Shown here one piece after another: positions 27,512 to 37,461 of a stretch of 54,601 nt of DNA. Origin of the DNA: a virus (Duplodnaviria > Caudoviricetes); IMG/VR virus record IMGVR_UViG_3300036715_000254, positions 1 through 54,601 of that record. The stretch is one strand, 5' to 3'. Each line of letters starts with the position of its first letter. Within the stretch, counting starts at the first letter, position 1. Made by a program: the position numbers and the translations under genes. Under the pieces are notes generated by a model. It saw only the letters and a program-made list of their open reading frames with translations. It did not search any database and was not told the DNA's origin.

Positions 27512-30355
27512 ATGGCAAATACAAATGCAGCAATGGTAGATCTACCATTTTTCGAACTATGCAATCAAGCACCTGTAGCATCTTCTGCGTTAGCATGTAT
27601 GACTACAGTAGAGACTGGTGATGATCGTTTTATCTATTACATTTCAACATCAGCTTTTTACCGTTATGACACGGTAGCCGATACATGGCAGCAATTAGCT
27701 AACCCGTATGTTGCTCCATCAGCAGTCATTAATATGCGCTACTCAGCACGCCGTGGTTATCATGGACGTGTGTTAAGTGCTACATCAACAACTGTACAGA
27801 TTGCTGGTCTACGTGGTCCAACTTTAGATGGAACTTCTCTCGAAGTTCTCAACGGAACTGGATCCGGACAAAAACGTACACTAACCTACACCGGTGAAAC
27901 CATCCACGAAGCTGGTGTTATTACAGGTACTGCAACTAATAACATTTCCGACTCGTTGAAGAAATGGCAAGTTAACCAATGGGCTGGGTACTTGGTTGGT
28001 ATCACATTTGGTACTGATGCAACACAATACAAGAAAGTCTTGTATAACGATGCAACAACTTTGTATATTTCTGATGCAAACTTGATGCCACATGATCCAT
28101 GGAATAATCAACCGTTTGTTGCAGTTGCACCTTATGCGCTCCCAGTAACGACTGCTGGTTCACAAGCTCACTATCAGATTATGTCCCAGACATTCTCAGT
28201 ACCAGCTTGGACAACTATTCCAGATTACACTAGCTTCTACACTACTAACACTGGTGGTATCTATGTTGTAACATCCGCCGCTGCGGCGCCGTTCTTGAAC
28301 TTGATGTATTATGATGTACTGCATGATGCGTGGCAGGTAAAGACAGTTCCACAATCACTTATCCTTGCAGCAATAGGCACTGACATTTCCATAGAACGCA
28401 CTAGTAAAGTTGGAACTGCTTTGTTAACTAAAATAGGAACCACATCAGCAACTGCTCGTACACTAACTGACTCTGGCTTGAGCATGGCAGTTGGTGCATA
28501 TGCGAATTACCGTTTACTAATTACTAGTGGAACTGGTATTGGACAGAGTCGGCGTGTTGTTCATAATACCGCAACTACATTTACAATTCCAAAAAATTGG
28601 GATGTCACTCCTGATGCAACAACTGTTTATGAACTATGGCCCGACTTTGATCGTATCTACGTCGGTGGTGCCGCTGGCGCAGCGATGTACGCATATTCAC
28701 TAGAAAATGACTATTGGATGCAAGGTCAAAATTTTGATGACGGTATCACAAACACAATGTCAGTCACAATGAACGGTTGGGTTCCAGTTGGTGTAACTTC
28801 TGGAACTCGTATCGCCACAGGTATTCAAGCTATTAACTCCGCTCCAACTGCGGGTGGAACTGGTTATACAATTGGTGACGTACTTACATGTGCAATCGGT
28901 GGCGGTGGTGCTCAAGTTCGTGTAACTGCAATTACATCCGGTGGTGTTGTGACTGCACTCGAATTGATTAACTCCGGTACAACCACGGGTTATACTGTTT
29001 CTACAGGTAATGCTACTACTGGCGGTACTGGTACTGCATGCACATTAAACATTACCGTTGTTGGACCAACAGTCAACGTAGTGACAGCAACCGCCGCATG
29101 GTTTAAGAAAGGTGATGTTGTAACCGGAGCTGGATTTAACGATGCGCTGTACAATACAGCATTAACTATCCTTGGTGTATCCGCAGTAACTACATCTACC
29201 TGCACATTCAGTATTGCTACTACAGCAGCGGCCAACATGGCAACAGCTAATGCATTTTCAACTACTACAATTGTTGACTGTAATAAAAACTGGGTTGTCA
29301 ACGAACATGCTGGACGTCTTGTTCACATCATGGTTGCTGGTACTGCACCAACATCACAGATTCGTTGGATTGTTTCTAACACATCTAACACACTGACATT
29401 TGCTGCTATCACTACTGCCGTTAACGGTACATCGAAATATTGTATCTATGATGCAAAAGTATTTGGTATTGACGACCAGCGTAAGGAAACAGTAATGAGC
29501 GCGTACGGTGTTGCTACCGGAGGTTCAACAACCACACTGATTGACTCTACTAAAAATTGGGTTCCAAACTCATGGGTTGGATATACGTTCAAAGTAGAAG
29601 CTGGAACTGGTTATGGATCAGGTCGTATTGCGATCACTGCAAACACAGCTACAACACTAACATACTCAGTGCAGTCATTTACTCCGGATGCAACAACCAA
29701 ATATGAAATTGCTGATGCGTGGGGTATTGCAACTGCTGGTGCACTAAGCTCATTGACTGATACGACAAAGGTTTGGCCTGTTAATATCTGGGCTGGTAAG
29801 CGTATTCGTATTACCGCTGGTACACTATCCGGTACTGAAACCATTACAACTGCAAACACTGCTAACGTGTTAACTCTTACTGGTACACCAGATACAACAT
29901 CAGTATATGCTATTATTAGCATTCCAGCGCGTGGTGCTGGCACGGCCTTAGTATGGACCTTTGGTGCTACACAGTCTTCTAATAAGCGGTCGATTTATTC
30001 CCCACGGGGCGGTGGCTCTAATACATTCGACGTATACGATATTGCAACGGGACGTTGGAGATTCGGTACATTTATCGGTACACAAGCCGAACTATATAAC
30101 GTAGGCTCTAGTTTTTCGTATGACGGCATCGATGGTATTCTTTTATCTCGTTCTGTAGCGTCTAACCCAATTCGTATCTTCAAGTACAATATCAATACCA
30201 ATAAGACAGTTGGTTTGGCTACTACTACATTCACTCAAAATACAGTGCACGTTGGTAACTTCTTGGAGATTGTAAATTCTCCAACAACTCTGTATCCATA
30301 TCTGTATACACTACAGAACACTGGAACATTGTTGGCTAGAGCGGTATTGTTCTAA
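27512..30355 (+). CDS. Large fibre/receptor-binding protein (propeller-like ends, repeated TxxDxxKxW modules)
   Basis: FYRYDTVADTW, FDVYDIATGRW; repeated DSxKNW..N.W.G modules. Confidence 0.7.
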   Translation: MANTNAAMVDLPFFELCNQAPVASSALACMTTVETGDDRFIYYISTSAFYRYDTVADTWQQLANPYVAPSAVINMRYSARRGYHGRVLSATSTTVQIAGLRGPTLDGTSLEVLNGTGSGQKRTLTYTGETIHEAGVITGTATNNISDSLKKWQVNQWAGYLVGITFGTDATQYKKVLYNDATTLYISDANLMPHDPWNNQPFVAVAPYALPVTTAGSQAHYQIMSQTFSVPAWTTIPDYTSFYTTNTGGIYVVTSAAAAPFLNLMYYDVLHDAWQVKTVPQSLILAAIGTDISIERTSKVGTALLTKIGTTSATARTLTDSGLSMAVGAYANYRLLITSGTGIGQSRRVVHNTATTFTIPKNWDVTPDATTVYELWPDFDRIYVGGAAGAAMYAYSLENDYWMQGQNFDDGITNTMSVTMNGWVPVGVTSGTRIATGIQAINSAPTAGGTGYTIGDVLTCAIGGGGAQVRVTAITSGGVVTALELINSGTTTGYTVSTGNATTGGTGTACTLNITVVGPTVNVVTATAAWFKKGDVVTGAGFNDALYNTALTILGVSAVTTSTCTFSIATTAAANMATANAFSTTTIVDCNKNWVVNEHAGRLVHIMVAGTAPTSQIRWIVSNTSNTLTFAAITTAVNGTSKYCIYDAKVFGIDDQRKETVMSAYGVATGGSTTTLIDSTKNWVPNSWVGYTFKVEAGTGYGSGRIAITANTATTLTYSVQSFTPDATTKYEIADAWGIATAGALSSLTDTTKVWPVNIWAGKRIRITAGTLSGTETITTANTANVLTLTGTPDTTSVYAIISIPARGAGTALVWTFGATQSSNKRSIYSPRGGGSNTFDVYDIATGRWRFGTFIGTQAELYNVGSSFSYDGIDGILLSRSVASNPIRIFKYNINTNKTVGLATTTFTQNTVHVGNFLEIVNSPTTLYPYLYTLQNTGTLLARAVLF

Positions 30356-30618
30356 TGTTTCTTAGTACACTTTATTACTATTTCTTTGGAAAGACTACTG
30401 CGGTACTCAAATTAGTATCGTCGAAGTTAAGTTTTCCGAGTGTAATTCGAACTAACAAGTTTGGTGATATTGTTCACTCAAACAAAGCGCCTGCAATTAC
30501 ATATACAAAAAAGTTTGGTGATATTGTTCACTCAAACAAATTTGGAGCAGTCACTTACGCATCTAAGTATGGGACAGTTAGCTATAAAAACACCTTTAGT
30601 ACGGTAACACAAAAATGA
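30355..30618 (+). CDS. Small protein with 9-aa repeats
   Basis: KFGDIVHSN twice plus degenerate copies. Confidence 0.6.
   Translation: MFLSTLYYYFFGKTTAVLKLVSSKLSFPSVIRTNKFGDIVHSNKAPAITYTKKFGDIVHSNKFGAVTYASKYGTVSYKNTFSTVTQK
30457..30540 (+). repeat. 30-bp exact direct repeat (30457-30486, 30511-30540)
   Basis: AAGTTTGGTGATATTGTTCACTCAAACAAA twice, period 54 nt. Confidence 0.9.
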
Positions 30619-30908
30619 GCACTAAAATCGAAACCCGCCTGATTGGCACAACAGTAACAAGCACCGCGACATTCAAGAATGATGCAAATGCCATCTTTGC
30701 TCCTGCTATAGTTAACCTAAAATACAAGAAACCCGATACTCCAGGTACAATTGTTAGCAACGCAATATCTCCAGATGTCAGTAATAAATACATTGCCCAA
30801 GTATTGTTAGATACAGCAGGCACATGGTACTTCCGTTGGGAAGCAGTTGATACAAATGCAGTCGCTGAAGAATTTTCAATTTTAGTGACTGATACTAAGG
30901 TTAAATAA
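30615..30908 (+). CDS. Small beta-sandwich structural protein
   Basis: AGTWYFRWE motif; position in cluster. Confidence 0.65.
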   Translation: MSTKIETRLIGTTVTSTATFKNDANAIFAPAIVNLKYKKPDTPGTIVSNAISPDVSNKYIAQVLLDTAGTWYFRWEAVDTNAVAEEFSILVTDTKVK

Positions 30909-33496
30909 TGACAGCTTTTGTTGCTAATAACGGCACACTTAATTATTTTGATGCGTATTCTGGTGGATCAGTAATTGCGACTCTTGATACATACACGATT
31001 AGTAACAGTTCAACTTTAGTTGTTCGAACAGATAGTAACGCATGTGCTAATCACTCAGTTGCTTTTGGTTCACTTGATACAGTATCTTTTACGGGTACTG
31101 GGGGTGAGTTACGTTTTGACTCAACCTATGTGCGTGTTGTTGCTTATACTGGTGGATCCGGTAACAGCCCAGCTTTTGGTGCTGCTATTTCTCAAGGTGG
31201 TGTGAGTGGTGTATTTCTTGGCGCTTGGACTAACTGGGCATCGGAATGTATTGTTCCTGGCGCTGCTATTGGCGCTACCGGATATATCAAAATTGGTGGT
31301 GTAACTGGTGGTGCGTTTGCAGCAGGTACGCTGACTGGTATTATAGCAACTTGCTCCGGACCTGATGTTCAAGGATGGATTGAAGTTCGCGGCGATACTA
31401 TTGCGACAATTACTGTTCCACGTATTGGTAAAGTAACTTCCGTTGAAGCATGGTATGAATTGGGTACTACAAACGGAGCTCGTGGACAAATTCTAGATTG
31501 TCCAACTTGTGCAACCAACGCGGGTGTATTTCCCGGTGTTTGGATTGAAACTTCCGCTGGATCTGGAGTTTATGAGCAATATGCGGGTGTTGGTTCACAG
31601 GTTGCTTTATCAACAACTGCTACTGACGTTCGTGCAAAGTGGATTTGGTCCACTGTTACTGGTATTCGCATTGGTAATGACGGTACCAATGCGGTTGGTT
31701 TCTTACCTCCTGCAGGCTGCAGGGTACGCATTCCAGCAACTATCTTGACCAACAGTACCCGCACATCATCGGGCACGGGCCCGCGGGTATTACCTAACGC
31801 GACTATTGCTACTCGTCAAGAATTGGTGACGACTGGTGCTGGTTACTTTGATTTGCGTGGTTGCGTCATTCAATGGTACATGAACTTCAGCCAGGCGTTT
31901 TACGCCAAATACAAAAGCTGTGCGATCAATGACTCAATGATCTTGTCAGAAATCGCATCGCCTATAGACGTTGACGATTGCATCGTGTCTCCGACACAGG
32001 CTCAATTGAACCTTGCCGCCAACTTTTCATCCTGCTTTGCCGGTGGAACTATCAGCAATACTCGCTTTGTGCGCTTCTCGCTGGCGGCGGCTTCAGCCTA
32101 CGCGGCGCAGATCAACTACCTGACAGGGCAAACGTTCAGCAATGTGAGTTTTGAAAGTCTGACGCTTCGGGCCAATGCTTCCACAGGCACCATCACTTCT
32201 ACTCAGGCGGTGAACTGCACTTTCACCAATTGTACCCTATTGGGTGCGCGCGGATTGTTTGTAAGCGCACAGCGTTGCACCTTCAACAACACGACCTACT
32301 ACGACCACAGCATCACTACAACCACTACCAGCACCAACCCTATGTCTGGGCTGGACTTCACGACTGGATGTTCTGGTAACACGGTCAACGGCTGGTCGAT
32401 GCCGATGCCAAACTTCGGACCCTACAACGGTCTAGTTTCAGTGAATGCTTGCTACAGCACGCTGGTTAAGAACATTGGCACAGACTCGGTGAGCACGCTG
32501 GCTATGAATGCCGCAGTAACGGGCGCTGGCGTCAATGGTGTGGGTAACAATGATGGAATCACTATCAAGCGCATGTACTTAACCAACACGCGCACAGGTC
32601 CGTATTCCTTTGTCAACTCGGACACAAACGTTCTGATTGAGAACTGCCGAGGTGACTACGCTGATACATCAGTCATGGTGGCGCTGAATGCCACTTACAA
32701 GAACTGCGGTCTGACTGCTTCTGCAACCGGGCAAGTCTCGGTCTATGGAACCCATTGGGGTACACGTTTCACCAGCACAACTGCTGGATTCTTGGACTTG
32801 CTTTGCAACGAGCCTACTGCTAGTAGCGCAGCCCAATGCTCCGTTACTGGAGGAGCACCACAGTTTGACTCAAACGGATCTGTACTACTGACAAAAGCTG
32901 GTGACCAAGTGACTTGGGAAATGTCATTCTACGCTATCGGATACACTGCATTTACTAATGCTCTGACAACAGCAACTGGAACTAACGTTACATGGACATC
33001 TGGCTCAACTTGGGGTAACCATACAATTGAATTTGCAATTAATACTGGTTCTGGATACGGTGCTTGGACTGCACTGAACGCCGTTAACTTGAGTGCTGAT
33101 ACTTTTAATAGTACCACTGGTTTCAAGCTGAAGATTCGTGCCACTACACTAACACCAGCTTCTAGCAATATACTAACTCGTCTATCAATTCCGCTAACAA
33201 CCACAAGTTCTGATCAACAGACAAAATTATACCCACTATCCGTAAACACTATTACATTTACTGGTTTACCTACTGGATGTGATGTGGTTGTATTGACTGC
33301 TGGAACATCAACTATTCTTGATCAAGTTGATGCATTAGCAGCAACAAGTTATTCTTACACCTATTCGGGTGCTCAAAATATTGACATTGGATTTATTCAA
33401 TCAGGATATGTTCCTTACTACATTCGAAATATTCCGCTTGGAACTGCTGACTCGAGCATTCCAGTCGCTTTGACTGTGGACCGTAATTATATATAA
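30908..33496 (+). CDS. Large structural protein with central beta-helix-like region
   Basis: NCTFTNC, CTFNN, CSGNTV repeats; Gly/Thr-rich. Confidence 0.7.
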   Translation: MTAFVANNGTLNYFDAYSGGSVIATLDTYTISNSSTLVVRTDSNACANHSVAFGSLDTVSFTGTGGELRFDSTYVRVVAYTGGSGNSPAFGAAISQGGVSGVFLGAWTNWASECIVPGAAIGATGYIKIGGVTGGAFAAGTLTGIIATCSGPDVQGWIEVRGDTIATITVPRIGKVTSVEAWYELGTTNGARGQILDCPTCATNAGVFPGVWIETSAGSGVYEQYAGVGSQVALSTTATDVRAKWIWSTVTGIRIGNDGTNAVGFLPPAGCRVRIPATILTNSTRTSSGTGPRVLPNATIATRQELVTTGAGYFDLRGCVIQWYMNFSQAFYAKYKSCAINDSMILSEIASPIDVDDCIVSPTQAQLNLAANFSSCFAGGTISNTRFVRFSLAAASAYAAQINYLTGQTFSNVSFESLTLRANASTGTITSTQAVNCTFTNCTLLGARGLFVSAQRCTFNNTTYYDHSITTTTTSTNPMSGLDFTTGCSGNTVNGWSMPMPNFGPYNGLVSVNACYSTLVKNIGTDSVSTLAMNAAVTGAGVNGVGNNDGITIKRMYLTNTRTGPYSFVNSDTNVLIENCRGDYADTSVMVALNATYKNCGLTASATGQVSVYGTHWGTRFTSTTAGFLDLLCNEPTASSAAQCSVTGGAPQFDSNGSVLLTKAGDQVTWEMSFYAIGYTAFTNALTTATGTNVTWTSGSTWGNHTIEFAINTGSGYGAWTALNAVNLSADTFNSTTGFKLKIRATTLTPASSNILTRLSIPLTTTSSDQQTKLYPLSVNTITFTGLPTGCDVVVLTAGTSTILDQVDALAATSYSYTYSGAQNIDIGFIQSGYVPYYIRNIPLGTADSSIPVALTVDRNYI

Positions 33497-33499
33497 ATA
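33492..33499 (+). promoter_or_regulatory. T4 late promoter TATAAATA
   Basis: Exact consensus, then AAGGA and ATG 33524. Confidence 0.75.
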
Positions 33500-33523
33500 A
33501 ACAGATAATCACAAGGATCTAAT

Positions 33524-35161
33524 ATGGCGAAAATTACTAGTAAAGCACTATTAAACGTAGGAACAGAGCTCACTATCGACGAAACGCTAAAGACCATTAC
33601 TCTTAACGTTGCGGGTAATTTGGTTGCTAAAGACGGTGTTACCCTACAAGCACTATACTCTAAATTGGTAGATTTGTGGGCGACTATAACATACCAAGAT
33701 AGTCCATTCCCAATGTACGCGATTGACGCGTTATCCGGACAATTTCAATTCGGTACTGACGGTGCAACATATTCAGGTTGGAAGCCAGCTAATGACACTA
33801 CTCGCGAAATGCTGCGTGACGGTGGTTGGTCGGAATATAACTCAACGGGTGTTTTGGCACGTCAATATACTGGTATTGTAGGTCTGGGTGTTGTATCTGC
33901 AGGTTCTCAATTGTACTGGCAAAAGACTTCTACTGGCGCTCCAACTAACTTCACCTTCACTGACCAATGTAACGAAGGTATCCAAGTTTACGGTAACATT
34001 ACCGCGGATGCGACTACAACAACATTTGATGACCGTACATTCTTCAAGACATTCGTTCGTGAATACCAAAAGAAATACAAAGACTCCGTTCTGGCTGATA
34101 CTGGTAAAACAGCAACTGGCGCGTATTTGGTTAACATGTTGCTATCCAACGAAAATGACTTGGATATTACTGTAGCGGACGCATCTATTGGTACATCACC
34201 ATACTCTGAAATCAACGTAAAGTATTTCAGCCAAGCATTCAGCAAGGCAGTTGATATTACTGGTGGTACAGCACGTGACTTTGGTATTGTTATTGACGTT
34301 GGTACTCACTCTGGTGTTGACGGTGTATCCAATGGTACTACTACATTTACTACAGCAGCAGCAGGTATTACTGGTGCTAACTACACTGGTGGTACACTGA
34401 TTGTTCACGAAGGTGCTGGAAAAGGCACATACACAATTTCTGGTACACCAGCGGCTGATTCTATTACAACCACGGTTGCAGTTTCTGGTTCAGCTTCTGG
34501 ATTGAGCTTTACATTGCAACGTGCAACACCTGTTGCAACTTCTCTACAGCAAATCTATACAAAGATCCAGTATCTGTTGCGTCAAAACAGCAACATTAAT
34601 GCTGTTAGTGGTGGTACATCAGTTACTGGTAAAACTGCATCTATTCTGTTGAACTTTGTTGGTTCTGCTCTGAAGGCTGGTTTCTACGCTCCAACAAACC
34701 CAGCGGGTGGTGGCACTGGTGTTACTATTATGGGTTACGCAACTGCGGACACAAATAGCTTCACTTCATATGATAACACAGCAGCGACACGTGATTATCC
34801 ATATGCTGCGGCTGGTACAATTAGCTTCAACACCCCATTAGTTGGAGCAGGTTCTAGCTACCGTCTGATGTTTACTACACCCCCTGGCGCTGGTAATGAC
34901 TACGGCGAATCTGGAGCAATTACTGTAAACAACGCATCAGGAACTCCAATTACTGGAACTATCAGTTCCGCAAGTATTGCTTTCGATTACGACTATGATG
35001 GTAATGTACAGGGTGGTTTTACCGGCGGTACGGATCGTCCAGTTACTCTAATTGGTATTAAACCCGGTGCTGGTAAGTTTGTGGTAGCTACTGGTTCGTT
35101 AAATCGTAGCAAAACTATTGCACTATCACTTGTTGCAGAACAAGATAGAGTCTATTCTTGA
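33524..35161 (+). CDS. Virion structural protein
   Basis: Late promoter, strongly biased codons, Thr/Gly-rich. Confidence 0.75.
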   Translation: MAKITSKALLNVGTELTIDETLKTITLNVAGNLVAKDGVTLQALYSKLVDLWATITYQDSPFPMYAIDALSGQFQFGTDGATYSGWKPANDTTREMLRDGGWSEYNSTGVLARQYTGIVGLGVVSAGSQLYWQKTSTGAPTNFTFTDQCNEGIQVYGNITADATTTTFDDRTFFKTFVREYQKKYKDSVLADTGKTATGAYLVNMLLSNENDLDITVADASIGTSPYSEINVKYFSQAFSKAVDITGGTARDFGIVIDVGTHSGVDGVSNGTTTFTTAAAGITGANYTGGTLIVHEGAGKGTYTISGTPAADSITTTVAVSGSASGLSFTLQRATPVATSLQQIYTKIQYLLRQNSNINAVSGGTSVTGKTASILLNFVGSALKAGFYAPTNPAGGGTGVTIMGYATADTNSFTSYDNTAATRDYPYAAAGTISFNTPLVGAGSSYRLMFTTPPGAGNDYGESGAITVNNASGTPITGTISSASIAFDYDYDGNVQGGFTGGTDRPVTLIGIKPGAGKFVVATGSLNRSKTIALSLVAEQDRVYS

Positions 35162-35187
35162 GTATTGTTTTAACCGGAATTTGGTAG

Positions 35188-35715
35188 ATGGCATATGTTA
35201 TTGATCCAGCAAATAAACGAATTATCCTCGATGTCGCTGACGCAACAGCACAATCAATTTACAGAGCATGGGTTGATTGGTTAGTACTCGGCGACAATTC
35301 CAAATATTTGCCAGCTTTTAGATCCACTGGTGGGGACGATCTCGGTGGTGGGATCAGTATCCCCGCATACTACTTTCTTACTAATGGCTGGTACGTCCGT
35401 CCGATGGAAAGCGACCATACACTTACCGTCACTGGAAACTTGTTCGTTGACGGTGGTGGTGATCCAATCGTTCATACAATTGGAACTTTTAATGTATTAG
35501 TGAAGTCAGTTGTTCCAGTACAAGCACAAACCGTAACAATATCCGGAAGTGGTGGTTTGACTACTCCACAAGCCACAATGCTACTTGAAATGTATAACCT
35601 TCTTGGTCTTGATCCTGCAACCCCACTAGTGGTAACAAATACAGCAAGAACTGCCGGAACTATCAATCAGACTATTGATACTAATGCATCACAAACAACA
35701 GTCACACGGGTATGA
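35188..35715 (+). CDS. Virion structural protein
   Basis: AFRSTGGD...YFLTNGW..RP pattern; cluster context. Confidence 0.7.
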   Translation: MAYVIDPANKRIILDVADATAQSIYRAWVDWLVLGDNSKYLPAFRSTGGDDLGGGISIPAYYFLTNGWYVRPMESDHTLTVTGNLFVDGGGDPIVHTIGTFNVLVKSVVPVQAQTVTISGSGGLTTPQATMLLEMYNLLGLDPATPLVVTNTARTAGTINQTIDTNASQTTVTRV

Positions 35716-35719
35716 TTGA

Positions 35720-36343
35720 ATGTTTGATCACAAGAATTTAGCAACAGGAGGATTATATCCAGGTCAAGTAACTCATCGTTCCATTGCTAATCTTGGTACA
35801 TTTGAGTTTGATGTTTCTATTACCGAAATTCCAATTAATGGAAATATCAGTAGTTTTGTACCAGGAAACGTTGCGAGTAGTTCTCTTCTAAGTCGTTTAA
35901 TTACTGGTCTATTTGGATCCGGATCTACTGGAAGTATTACTGGTTCCAGTGCCACATCTAGTAATGTTAGCGGTAATCAGACTACTGGTGAAGTTGGTAG
36001 TGTTAGTTACAGCGGAACTGGAAATGTAACACTTCCAATTTCGAGTAACTTAGTACGCGGGTTCGTGGGAACCACTGTAGCTTACGGTGGGGATTTAATT
36101 GAAATCCAAGGTGGTGGTGGCGGATACGGGTTTAACTTCGGATCCGATAGTTATAAATATAAAGTAAAAATACGGATTACCCGTAAAGGTAAGACGTGGG
36201 AATATGAGACAATAGTCGGGCAAACTACCGCAAAAGTGCTTGCCAAAGTAATTAAGAAAAGAGTAGAAGCACCGACTGTTTCATTAGTTAATACATCGAT
36301 GGTTGAGAGCGTAGAACCAATTATTAAGGTCACGAAAAGATGA
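35720..36343 (+). CDS. Hypothetical structural protein
   Basis: Gly/Ser-rich centre resembling the 24122 repeats. Confidence 0.6.
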   Translation: MFDHKNLATGGLYPGQVTHRSIANLGTFEFDVSITEIPINGNISSFVPGNVASSSLLSRLITGLFGSGSTGSITGSSATSSNVSGNQTTGEVGSVSYSGTGNVTLPISSNLVRGFVGTTVAYGGDLIEIQGGGGGYGFNFGSDSYKYKVKIRITRKGKTWEYETIVGQTTAKVLAKVIKKRVEAPTVSLVNTSMVESVEPIIKVTKR

Positions 36344-37461
36344 GTATCGGAAAAATAAAACTAGACGAAAAGTCGATCCTGGAATTCGGAGTATCCATTA
36401 CTGGTGCTGACGGACGTCCGGATGCTCGATTCGTCATCGACGGCGCTGACTTTTCAGTTAGCTTTCCATGTAAGCAAACTAACGAGGGCGTTGAAGTTGA
36501 GATCCAAGGACTAAAGGATATCTTTAAAGCCGGCACATACGATGCTCGTCTAGAGATTGTTCTGGAAAACAAAATATACACTCCGCTTATCGACAAGATT
36601 GAATTTGAACCAAGTATTCAAATCTACACTCAAGCCAAGCCAGCAGTTCAAGTAAAAGAATCAGTAAAAGTAGCGAATATCACCGTTAAAAAGAGTGCTA
36701 TAAACGAAGACCAATTGCGTAAAACGCAGGCAGCTACAATTATTGCTAACGCACTTGGATACAATCCAAACAAAAAAGAAAGTGCAGCAGAGATTGTAAA
36801 CCATGCAATCGCTCAAGCTGGTCCATTGACTACTGAACAAGCAGCAACTGTTAAAGAAATGCTAGCACTTGCTGAGGCATGCGGCATTATGTACAATGGA
36901 GATTTTGAGTTTGAGATTATATCCGAAGAAGTTTTACCAGAACTAGCACCGATAGTAATTGACGATGATGGTTTCAGCGATGAGACTCTTGACGAAATGG
37001 CAAATTGTGTTACTGATTGGGAAGATATTGTTGATACATACGAAGCTGGCGAACTAGCTCTTATTGACGAAGACACTGGCGAAGTAATTGATACTCTGGA
37101 AGAAGAGCTGTCTGAAGAAACACTTAATGAAGTGCTGTCTCGCATCGAACGTATTCGCGCAAAAATACGTTTCCGTAAGAGTGAATCAAAGCGTGAACGT
37201 AAGATAAAAGTTGCGCTACATCAGCATTCCAACTCATCAAAGATTAATAGCCGTGCACGTCACCTAGCTATAAAGACAATGAAAATGAAACTGGCTAAGA
37301 AGCCACTTGATCAGCTAAGCACTGCTGAAAAAGAACGTATTGAAAACATTATGCACAAGCGTAAGAAGGCGGTAGATCGCCTGGCATTGAAGATGACTTC
37401 ACGTGTTCGCAAAATTGAAAAAGACCGTTTATCAACATCTCACACTCAGGAAGCAAAATGA
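36340..37461 (+). CDS. Putative prohead core/internal protein (acidic linker, very basic C-terminal domain)
   Basis: D/E-rich stretch ending TLNE, followed by ~110 aa K/R-rich domain. Confidence 0.6.
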   Translation: MSIGKIKLDEKSILEFGVSITGADGRPDARFVIDGADFSVSFPCKQTNEGVEVEIQGLKDIFKAGTYDARLEIVLENKIYTPLIDKIEFEPSIQIYTQAKPAVQVKESVKVANITVKKSAINEDQLRKTQAATIIANALGYNPNKKESAAEIVNHAIAQAGPLTTEQAATVKEMLALAEACGIMYNGDFEFEIISEEVLPELAPIVIDDDGFSDETLDEMANCVTDWEDIVDTYEAGELALIDEDTGEVIDTLEEELSEETLNEVLSRIERIRAKIRFRKSESKRERKIKVALHQHSNSSKINSRARHLAIKTMKMKLAKKPLDQLSTAEKERIENIMHKRKKAVDRLALKMTSRVRKIEKDRLSTSHTQEAK

